Shown here: piece by piece, positions 53,232 to 64,000 of the stretch
Position numbering within the stretch: position 1 is the stretch's first letter
Layout of the letters: each line of letters begins with the position of its first letter
Assembly: GCF_001194135.2 (NCBI RefSeq)
Contig: NC_068992.1
Span: 4,665,493-4,729,492, forward strand
Reading direction: 5' to 3'
DNA: 64,000 nt
From: Octopus bimaculoides
Taxonomy: Eukaryota
The notes under the pieces: generated by a model
The model's input: the letters and a program-made list of their open reading frames with translations, nothing else
Told to the model about the DNA's origin: nothing
Database searches by the model: none
Position numbers and translations under genes: made by a program

Positions 53232-54140
53232 TACACAACGTGGTACCTAAAAGAAACCAGAATTTCGCAATATTATTTAATTCACTTCCTTTTACATGCT
53301 CACAATTTTATCGCCTTCAAAGTGTTCTCCATTTGCAGCAATGCATCGTTTCAGACGCGTTTTTGTACTCTTCGAAGCAATGCTAGAACTCATGCGAAGT
53401 GATAGCCTTTAACGCATCCACGGTGTTTTTCTTCGCCTCTTCCACATCTGCAAATTTCGTGGTTCCAGGTTTCGTTATCAGTAATGAATTTCGAAGAAAG
53501 TTCCGGAACAACATCGAAACTGTTCTTTCAGTTCTCGACACGCAATCAGTCATGATGTTTGTCATCTTCCGTCAGCAAATGAAGCACAAATTTTGCTGCA
53601 ACTATTTTCATTCGCAATTACTCACTCAAAAATTCGTTGGCAGGAGCTCCTGGTCACACATGTCATATAAAAAAGTCCGTCAATTGTTCGGTGACTGTCC
53701 TTCACGATCAGTTCATGAATTTTCATGTCTTCATTCTTTCAGAAGGGTTGACGTCGCTGTGAAAAAGATTGGTTTTCAAGAGACAAGTGTCCATTCCTAG
53801 TGCGTGAAAACCACTCATACACTTGTGCTTTGCTCATAGCAGCGTCTTTGTAAGCTGTTTGAAGAATGAGAACTGTATTATCCGCCGTTTTCTCCAGCAG
53901 AGAACAGAATTTCACGGAAGCACGCTGTTCATTCGTTTCAGCCATCGCAAAAATTGACGAACAGGGGAGAATCCCTGCAAAACAAAGACACAGAATGTGG
54001 TAGCAAGACCAGAACACCTAACGCCGGTCGGCAGACTGATAAATTAGGGCAGAATCAAGTGGCGTTTGCGGCGGTATCCTGAAATACTAGGAGCTTGTCC
54101 CACAGAGAACGTTTCCATTTACTTTTGGGTACATCTTGTA
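53232..54140 (-). mobile_element. Internally deleted mariner with both TIRs
   Basis: TIRs caacgtggtacctaaaagaaaccagaa (53236) and tttccatttacttttgggtacatcttgTA (54112-54140). MAETNEQRASVKFC...VYEWFSR; KFITDNETW is joined directly to GTTKFADVEEAKKNTVDALKAI...RCIAANGEHFEG. Confidence 0.88.
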
Positions 54141-54715
54141 ACTGAAGTTACAAAGATCGGAGACGCAATTTGAAGGGAAATGATAACGAATATGCAAAGA
54201 CTAAAGTTACACAAAGATTTTTTACATATCGTGAACATCATGTGGACAAATTTGTATGTTCAGAGTGCGATTTTAATGAAAGTTTGAAAAAGAAAATTTA
54301 AGAAAGATTTTTTTAAAAATTAAAATAATTGGGAAATTGTTGAAATGTGTGGAAATTGTATAAAATTTGGATTTACCATANNNNNNNNNNNNNNNNNNNN
54401 NNNNNNNNNNNNNNNNNNNNNNNNNNNNNNNNNNNNNNNNNNNNNNNNNNNNNNNNNNNNNNNNNNNNNNNNNNNNNNNNNNNNNNNNNNNNNNNNNNNN
54501 NNNNNNNNNNNNNNNNNNNNNNNNNNNNNNNNNNNNNNNNNNNNNNNNNNNNNNNNNNNNNNNNNNNNNNNNNNNNNNNNNNNNNNNNNNNNNNNNNNNN
54601 NNNNNNNNNNNNNNNNNNNNNNNNNNNNNNNNNNNNNNNNNNNNNNNNNNNNNNNNNNNNNNNNNNNNATGGCATTATTTTACAAGAAACGAAGTGATTG
54701 GTAACCAAGCGAAAG

Positions 54716-54758
<43 letters not shown>

Positions 54759-55174
54759 GTGTGTGTGTGTTTGTGTGTGTGTGTGAGTGTGTGTGTATTA
54801 ATGTATGTATGTATTAATGTATTAATGTATTAATGTATGTAAGAAGTATATATATGTAGATGCATAAATGTGCATATATGCGGGGTTTTTTTCTTAATAT
54901 TTACGCATATGTGTATATATATATACACGTGTAGATATATAAAAATATGCATACCACGGTGTATGTCGCCTATACTTATATTAATAATGACATAATCAGT
55001 AAACAAAATAGTAAGAAAGTTAGTTAGGAGCATATGTATGTCAATACATATACAGAAATACATACACACACGCACACACATATACGTACAACCTTTTAGT
55101 GGGTAGATGTAAGAATATGTATATGGGTCGGAGAAGGATACATACTATATATATATATCGATTCATATATAGAT

Positions 55175-55248
<74 letters not shown>

Positions 55249-57555
55249 TTATACACATATCTATGCGCTCAGGAACAGAGAATTGTAACTACGATCTGCA
55301 ATCAGCATCAATTATAAAAGAGATGTATGTGTATGTTTATAAATACGTAGAGGAAATTTTATCTAAAAATATTTTCGAGATTTGTGAATTTGCATTCTGT
55401 TTGCCACTCTCTACAATATATGATGCCGTGATTTCGATGCAGTATGTGAATTTAATAGAAGCTCTGAACGCTGCAATGCTATGGGTGTATATAAACGTAT
55501 GTATTGGTATATAAGTTATTTACTGAAAATTAAGTAGTTTTAAATTGAAATTTATCAATACTTTCAGATGTATGACTTTACAGTTTTTCATATATGTGTA
55601 TGAAGTGCCTAGTAACTATCCGTATTATGCAGCATTGTAAGTTAACAAAACATGAAATAATGTGTGCAATGTGGACAGCTGTGAAGTAGTAACCTCATCA
55701 TGATTTGCATCGCGGCTAGCAGACAGAGAATGAGAGAGTTAAGATGAGAGGAATTCAATATGTTGAGGTTAGAATATGTCAATATAATACCAAATCTATT
55801 CTCAAGCGTCAAGTAATAGACTACGAAAAGCGGAACTGTCGTCGGCCAATAAACTACATTAATTATACTAAACAGACGGATTGAAAACACCGTATCAACA
55901 TATGCATATGTAGTCTTATATTTGTGTGTGTGTGAATGTGTGTGTGTATTTGTATGAGTGTGTGCCTAGGCGTGTGTATAGATTTCAGTAGAGCATATTT
56001 GTTGTGATAATGCGCTTTTTAAAATGTCTGCAACGAAATCTGGATGGTTTAACGAGGTTAGTTTTATTTGTTGTGTTTCTTATATTTTTCGGTGCCTACG
56101 TTAAATATAAAACAGACTGTTTATGAAAATCGTTCGCCAAATAATTGTGCGTACATCTGGGGTTTATACACATACACACACACACACACACACATGTATA
56201 TATATAAGTATAACTGAATGATGCATGTACATAAGGATGTGTTGTTCTGTATGTATACGTTTATTGTTATAAACACACTTACAGGCAAAGAATGGCACGA
56301 ACGCACATATTTATATAGATTTAAGCAACATCAAAGTGTGCAATGTTGAAAGGAAACTTTCAGGTAAAAGAAAATATTTTCGAGAAAATCTTTGAAGCGG
56401 TAGCTTTCATTGTATCATGGATCATAACATGTATGGTTTCCCAGGCACCGCTATAATAATAACACCAAGAAAATCTTATACTTATATACATAGATAAATA
56501 AACACACGCCGACAAATGTGTAAATGTATACCTATTACACAGTCTGTATATACCTTTACATATATGTATAAACACGTAAAGTCATATATGAGAGAACACA
56601 CGACTATGCAGTTTATTGCTTATTTTATGAGGATCAATTTATTGTGTATGTATATGTATACCTACATACATAGACAGATATTTGTATGAACGTTTGCATT
56701 TATGTACGTATGCCTGTCTGAATTTATGTATGTACGTATGTGTATGTATGTATGTATGTATGTATATNNNNNNNNNNNNNNNNNNNNNNNNNNNNNNNNN
56801 NNNNNNNNNNNNNNNNNNNNNNNNNNNNNNNNNNTATATATATATATATATATATATGCTTTTATGTATGCATGTATGGTTGGAGGTAAAATACAAAGAT
56901 AGGGAACGAGAGAAACTACAAAGTTTGTACTATATAGGTAGCAGAGTGGGCTGTTCGTAACTTTATACATTCTACCTCTTGGTAAACCCCAATGAAGTTT
57001 TCATTATATTTAACTGCATGGCATCCGAACGCTCATGAAGAAATCTGAATAAAATGAACGAGACACAGATTTGCACTTCTGAGGAAAGATTTCTGTTTAT
57101 ATGGTTTTGTGTCGGTATTGGAGTATGGCAATAACGATGAAAGGAAATGGGGAGTGGCGATACTGACCTGCAATGCGCACTGTGTTACTTAAGAGTAAGA
57201 TGATTTTATACTAAGGCAGACTATAGTATCACATGGTATGTTTTATATTTGTGCTTGTTCCACATTTATGTCTACGAAAATATAAACTTGATAATGTATG
57301 CCATAAAAATCATGTTCCATTTCTTACATTTTCTTTGAGTTTAATAGCTACAGACAGATACATATATACCTGCATGCTTAAACACAAGCACATACATACA
57401 TACACACACAAACACCCTTATCCCGGTAAAATTATATACACAAATACATACTTGATCGAGTCAAACACGAATGTGGTGATATACTCAATGATTCTGAAAG
57501 ATACACTTTCATAAATATAAACATAGATAACCTCTGTTATAATCACACACACACA

Positions 57556-57614
<59 letters not shown>

Positions 57615-58037
57615 AAGCGGGTGTATTTCAAAATTAAAAAAATAAGTCAAATATAGCTTAACCCGCAAAACCATATGGAAGCTATGATGTGGATTTCTGT
57701 GTGCAAGCACTTTTGAGCGATTTCAGATTTTCAAACGAATAGTAAAAAAAAAAATGTTTATGATTCGCGTTTGAAAAGCTGCAAATAGCCAAAAGCTCTT
57801 CTGCAGAGAAGAAATTTTTATATCTCCAGAAGGGTCGAGTTAATCTGCTTCTCAGAGCATTTTAGGATCATGTTTAATTCAAACAAGAATTATGTTAGCA
57901 TTACTCTCTCAAGAGCTTTTCGTAAATTCCTATCTATCATCTATCTATCTATCTATCTATCTAACTATCTATCTACCTAACTCTTCTCTTTCTCTCTTCT
58001 ATTTCTCTCCACGCACGCACGCACGCACGCACACAAA

Positions 58038-58082
<45 letters not shown>

Positions 58083-58274
58083 ACACACATTCAAACAAAA
58101 ATAAAACGATAGCTCTTTCGGTACATGTGATTCAATCACATCTTCATTCAGAATACGAGGGCAATTGCATAAGTTACTAGGTAGTATTATGTAAGTTCGC
58201 ATTATTACAAATGTCTACTCCTGCAGATAATATTATATTAAATATTTTCCAGGTGATACCTTTGAGAATATTTC

Positions 58275-58350
58275 GACAATTCCTCCAGCAACAATTCGTG
58301 CAGCAACAATTCCTCCAGCAACTATTCCTCCAGCAACAATTCCTCCAGCT
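58275..58350 (+). repeat. 15-bp tandem repeat ACAATTCCTCCAGCA, about five copies
   Basis: acaattcctccagca acaattcgtgcagca acaattcctccagca actattcctccagca acaattcctccagct. Confidence 0.95.
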
Positions 58351-58478
58351 GCAGAAATCTGGGGCTATTAATTTGCTTACCGTAAGTTTTTAATATTATA
58401 TTTAATATCATATCTTAGTCAATGCGGAAATGAATCAACCCGGTATCTACCAATTATATACTACATCTTACAGAAATG

Positions 58479-58510
<32 letters not shown>

Positions 58511-59164
58511 NNNNNNNNNNNNNNNNNNNNNNNNNNNNNNNNNNNNNNNNNNNNNNNNNNNNNNNNNNNNNNNNNNNNNNNNNNNNNNNNNNNNNNNNNN
58601 NNNNNNNNNNNNNNNNNNNNNNNNNNNNNNNNNNNNNNNNNNNNNNNNNNNNNNNNNNNNNNNNNNNNNNNNNNNNNNNNNNNNNNNNNNNNNNNNNNNN
58701 NNNNNNNNNNNNNNNNNNNNNNNNNNNNNNNNNNNNNNNNNNNNNNNNNNNNNNNNNNNNNNNNNNNNNNNNNNNNNNNNNNNNNNNNNNNNNNNNNNNN
58801 NNNNNNNNNNNNNNNNNNNNNNNNNNNNNNNNNNNNNNNNNNNNNNNNNNNNNNNNNNNNNNNNNNNNNNNNNNNNNNNNNNNNNNNNNNNNNNNNNNNN
58901 NNNNNNNNNNNNNNNNNNNNNNNNNNNNNNNNNNNNNNNNNNNNNNNNNNNNNNNNNNNNNNNNNNNNNNNNNNNNNNNNNNNNNNNNNNNNNNNNNNNN
59001 NNNNNNNNNNNNNNNNNNNNNNNNNNNNNNNNNNNNNNNNNNNNNNNNNNNNNNNNNNNNNNNNNNNNNNNNNNNNNNNNNNNNNNNNNNNNNNNNNNNN
59101 NNNNNNNNNNNNNNNNNNNNNNNNNNNNNNNNNNNNNNNNNNNNNNNNNNNNNNNNNNNNNNNN

Positions 59165-59237
<73 letters not shown>

Positions 59238-60554
59238 CGTATACCTTAAGTAAATCGCATAGAGTAATCGATTATATGAATATTTTGTTTCTCTGTTTAT
59301 ACTTGAGTGCATCTATTAATTTTGTCAATGCTGCTGCAACAGGCATATATAAGCATTAGCGTTCTTCAAAGAATATACAACGCTGAAGTAGTTTCTAATA
59401 TTGAGATTTTGTCAGTGACCGAGTCCCTAACTATGTAATGGCAGCATGATTCGTAATATCACAACAACTAAGGTAAAGAAATTTAGTAAATCGTACAGAT
59501 GAATTTGCACATAGAGTGAGCTTGGAGCATATATTTCAGTTAATAAGCGACTGGTGTGCTAATAGGTTTTACATTCAATTTCTATAAATACTACAGAATA
59601 TATGGAACTTTGAATTTTAGACAACACAGTATGCAATATATGAAAAAAGTTTCGTCTTTATATACAATACTTCGTTAACTGCAAAACCAGACTTGATCAA
59701 TCAATCTTTAATCTAGTGCCAGCTGTGATTGCACGTCTTCTTTTACTGAGACCATCCACAAATGAATATATGTGTCTTCAAATAAATACACTTTTGTTTA
59801 AAATCTCTGGTTATTTTCGGTCGTTCTTTCTGGTACTGAAGTTAAACTGTTATCGCTTCGGTAATTAGATAAAAGAAATAACCAACAATAATGTATTTTA
59901 TGTACACATCATTTAATGCACATTTCTTCCATCCTCAAAAGTATCTGGTTCAAAAGCAATGCTTACTCGTCGAGTTTATATGTACTCGGTGTTTAAGAAA
60001 ATTCTAAGAGGGATTTTATGAACGTGGTTGTAATAATAATTCTTTCGTCTGCAAAACAACAGCTTTTCTTTTGTCTATTGGCACAGTGTTGGCTAAAATC
60101 TCCTTTCGAGCTGTTGGAATAGAGATTTGTTAATGAAACTTTCTGTAACCTTCGAGAAGAAAGAGCAATATAGCATTAGTTGGTTGGGTTAGCAAAGTTG
60201 GCCTTGTCGAATAGAAGATAATGGAACATGGCAATGCGTATTAGGAAAGATCTATTGAGAAAGGAAGAGACCTCAGAGATTTTTGATATTTACTGCGCAT
60301 GTGAATTTTAAAGTTGGAAGCAAATATCATATATCATATATAAAAGTTTTGTTCGCATGTATCTAAAATTCAGAGGGATATATACGTTTTACGAACTGGA
60401 GAGTTGGCGGACTCGGTAAGATTGATTGTGTATCACGTATTAGAAATAGGTAGGCTGCGGCCGTGCTTCCGAGGACAGGAGACGTTTGCGGACTGTGGAA
60501 CTAAGAAATTCCTTCTTTGCATTTCTGGTGACTCTTTTGCGAAGACTGCGGCCA

Positions 60555-60745
60555 TGTCTCCCCAACATCGGTTGTCAAGCGATGTTGGTGTGTTTACGCA
60601 GCCGTCACTTCATGTTTCGGCAAAAGATACCGATAGAATAAGTACTAGATTTACAAAGATTAACTCCTGGATTCGATTTGCTCGAATAAAGGCACTCCAC
60701 CAGCATGGCCGCAGTCAAGTGACTGAAACAAATAAAAGAATAAAA
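60555..60745 (+). mobile_element. SINE-like repeat, family E, 3' portion
   Basis: Homologous to the reverse complement of 60905-61075; ends in a (taaaaga)n-like tail. Confidence 0.7.
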
Positions 60746-60904
60746 AAATAAAAGAATATACATTCTCTTACATAATACAGTTCTATATTTAACAGATGCG
60801 GAATTATGTATAATATTTACATTGTTTACAGTTGACGAAGGTTTGTCAACAACAAACAAGATGAGGACAAATATCCATCAACTGTAAACAATGTAAATAA
60901 TGTA

Positions 60905-61080
60905 TTCTTTTACACGTTTCACTCATTTGACTGCGGCCATGCTTGAACACCGCCTTTAGTCGAGCAAATTGTCCCCCAAGACTTATTCTTTGTAAGCCTA
61001 GTACTTATTCTATCGGACTTTTTTTGCCGAACTGCGAAGTGACGGGGGCGTAAACACACCAATGTTGGGGAGACAAACAC
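60905..61080 (-). mobile_element. SINE-like repeat, family E, 3' portion (inverted copy)
   Basis: Contains perfect 17-bp and 19-bp complements of 60702-60718 and 60630-60648. Confidence 0.7.
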
Positions 61081-61106
61081 AAACACACAAACATATACAC
61101 ACACAA

Positions 61107-61145
<39 letters not shown>

Positions 61146-61785
61146 NNNNNNNNNNNNNNNNNNNNNNNNNNNNNNNNNNNNNNNNNNNNNNNNNNNNNNN
61201 NNNNNNNNNNNNNNNNNNNNNNNNNNNNNNNNNNNNNNNNNNNNNNNNNNNNNNNNNNNNNNNNNNNNNNNNNNNNNNNNNNNNNNNNNNNNNNNNNNNN
61301 NNNNNNNNNNNNNNNNNNNNNNNNNNNNNNNNNNNNNNNNNNNNNNNNNNNNNNNNNNNNNNNNNNNNNNNNNNNNNNNNNNNNNNNNNNNNNNNNNNNN
61401 NNNNNNNNNNNNNNNNNNNNNNNNNNNNNAAATATTTTGAACCGCGTTTACTGCAGATGACGAGTCACCCACCCCACCACACACACTCCCACACACAAAT
61501 AATTTGAATTATTATCTTGCTTGACTGGCAAATGAAAGTGAATGTATATCTCTATGTCTGAATTTTGCTTATACTACATACACCCCCGCCCCCCCCCACA
61601 CACACACACAAAATAATTTGTTTTCATTACATATGTGTACATGCGTGTGTAGAGGGGATATTCATACACACATATATGTAAGTATGTATGTATGTATGTA
61701 TGTATGTATGTATAGCAATATGTATGAAGTAGGGTTGCATCTATGTATCTACCTGACCTCTCTCTCTCTGTCTCTCTCTCTCTCG

Positions 61786-61825
<40 letters not shown>

Positions 61826-62416
61826 AGAGATATATATATATATAAACTTATACACACACATATACGCGTGCACACACATATGTATGCATGTGTATAGATA
61901 TACATATATATATATATGTATGTATGTATACAAGCCTACTTTCATACATATACATATGCATACTTACATATGTATGCGTATGTATTCCCCCACCACGCAC
62001 ACACCTACACATATATAATGAAAACAAATTATTTTCATATCATATATAATTGTGTAAACAAAAAGAAGCGACAAATCTTTCTTTTAAAATTCTGCATGCT
62101 TGTACTCTTTAAAAAGGCGATTCACTTCCATCTCTCCCGGGTATCAAAAACATTTTGTCTTTTAAATATACTTCTAACGAAAGTATATCCATTTATCTCT
62201 CATATCTTACTCTGAAGTCTTTTATTTCATTTTTATCAAACACATTGTCTTTTTGAATTTATCTCCAGGAACAATAGACACCGGAGACTTTGAAATGCTC
62301 GGCATGATACATGTGAAATGGTGAACAATAAATTCCGGGAATCCAACAAGAAAGAACTATAGAAAAAGCATTTAAGTAATGATTTATATATGAGTTTACT
62401 TTTCGTGATGTAGTGC

Positions 62417-62482
62417 ACAATTCCATACACACAAATTCCATACACACAAATTCCATACTCACAAATCCCACACACTCAAATT
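62417..62482 (+). repeat. Roughly 15-bp tandem repeat ACAAATTCCATACAC, about four copies
   Basis: Direct reading. Confidence 0.85.
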
Positions 62483-63035
62483 TATAGCACAGAAAGAAGA
62501 ACGCATGCAAAATATATATAAAAAAATAAGCAATAAAATACGATAATATTTTCTTCGAAGAAAATAAAGCTAAATTATATTCTGTCGTTGTATCTTTGCT
62601 GATGATTTCAAAATTTCTTGTTATCTTTGTTACTATTCTTGCTTAGTCCAAATTTAGTTCTGATGATGTTGGGCTAGGCTTTAAATGGGCATTTTTCTCA
62701 CAGGTATCTCCACCGTTTCCTATTTTTCAAACGTTATGTAATCCTGAATAAGTTACCCCATGTTTTTTGTTTGGGGGGGGGCTTTAACAATCCCCATTCT
62801 AATTCCGAGTATATTATTTTGTTAGTTTCAGTAAGTGTTCCATCCGTTGGTGTTCAATTCTTGTGGTTCCTGGCTTTAATATAAGCGATTAATCATTCAT
62901 TGTTTTCTTTTGAATTCTTCAAGGATATAAAATAATTCTCTCCCCGAACTAATTCTAATTAGACTAATAAGAGTGGCGTATTTAAAAAAAAAACACGCGT
63001 TCACATCAAATCCATGCAGCAAAATGTATACCCAT

Positions 63036-63126
63036 AGGTGTGGCTGTGTGGTAAGATGGTTGCTTCCCAACCACATGGTTCTGAGTTCTGTCTTACTGCG
63101 TGACACTTTCGGCAGGTGTCTTCTAC
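63036..63126 (+). mobile_element. tRNA-derived SINE head, family D (3'-truncated)
   Basis: A box TGGCTGTGTGGTAAG, degenerate B box GGTTCTGAGTTCTGTC, then actgcgtgacactttcggcaggtgtcttctac. Confidence 0.65.
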
Positions 63127-63437
63127 CTTCTTGTTCTTCATTTTCGTTGCAGCTCTTGTAACACTTGTTGTCGCTATTATATGCCACCCGACAATGTCAG
63201 TTACTAGTGGGATGATAATACAATAATGGCTGATGCAACACCCATTACTTCCCTCCATTTTGGATGCTTTATTGTAGTTTTTGTTTTGAAACATTATATT
63301 TAAAATTTTTAATTACGCAAAACTAGCACATTGTAACGGAACCGAACTGGCTTATTTATCAAACACCAACGAAAAAATAAAACGTCAAATTTAAATTACG
63401 AGCCACGAATAGGCGTCAGCTCTTTCCAAAAACAAAC

Positions 63438-63438
63438 A

Positions 63439-63491
<53 letters not shown>
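63438..63491. repeat. (AAT)n microsatellite
   Basis: Direct reading. Confidence 0.95.
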
Positions 63492-63493
<2 letters not shown>

Positions 63494-64000
63494 TACACAC
63501 ATATATATGCGCATGTATGTATGTATGCATGTTTGTTTGTTTACTCACACACACACATACACACACATATAGATATAAATTCAAATAAAACTTCGTATAA
63601 TTTTTCTGACGTAGCAGGAAAATCGTATAAAGTTGTTTGAAATCAATAAAGTACTTGCGCTTCAATATCTAATTTATTTAATTAGAATGTGCACCATTAA
63701 ATTGCAGAAGAGTGAATTCGCAAGATCTTTAGAAGAAATTATAGAGTGCCCTTGCACTTCTCCTGTTCCGGGTATAGATAACTCTGCTATAATCTGGCGG
63801 CAAAGTAAAACCTCATTTCTTGCTGTCTTTACACTGCCCCTCTCTCACCCAAAATTTCGGGCCTTGTGCATATATGTCTTAATGGTACCAGAGTTTCCGA
63901 ACGTATAGCGAAATTTACTGCCCAGTGAAAAATATGTCTGGAAGAATAGTGCAAACAGCAATACTTTGAAGGAAACAAAGAAGAAAGAAACAAAAGTATA

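Noticed and set aside
58144-58170. tacgagggcaattgcataagtt, mariner TIR-like
   Set aside because: It is isolated, with no transposase sequence or second TIR nearby.
58275-58350. Regular short repeats as a CRISPR-like array
   Set aside because: The units are head-to-tail with no unique spacers, in a eukaryotic context with no cas genes.
62269-62324. Possible exon after a tctccAG acceptor (GTIDTGDFEMLGMIHVKW*)
   Set aside because: Only weak GTGAA donors, a short unrecognised peptide, and an in-frame stop follow.

Overview
Eukaryotic, repeat-rich, AT-rich genomic DNA from a draft assembly with about 15 N-gaps, most flanked by (TA)n. The dense di-, tri- and tetranucleotide microsatellites and tRNA-headed SINE types suggest an Octopus-like coleoid cephalopod; this is an inference from pattern, not a database match. 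I could not recognise any intact protein-coding gene, tRNA, rRNA or CRISPR array, so the window reads as intronic or intergenic. It contains at least five SINE families (about 15 copies or fragments), six or seven decayed mariner pieces and one Tc1 piece, two Penelope-like element (PLE) fragments (RT and GIY-YIG C-terminus), an RTE-clade LINE remnant, and possible older LINE remnants. The most notable structures are a type I hammerhead-ribozyme-like motif (42666-42740) between 47-bp inverted repeats in a repeated element, a perfect 72-bp spacerless palindrome (14674-14745), a nested ~520-bp fold-back (60555-61075), a tail-to-tail mariner/Tc1 chimera, and a 3' tail shared by a SINE and a probable LINE. 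Nearly all entries in the supplied ORF track are artefacts of microsatellites or N-gaps.
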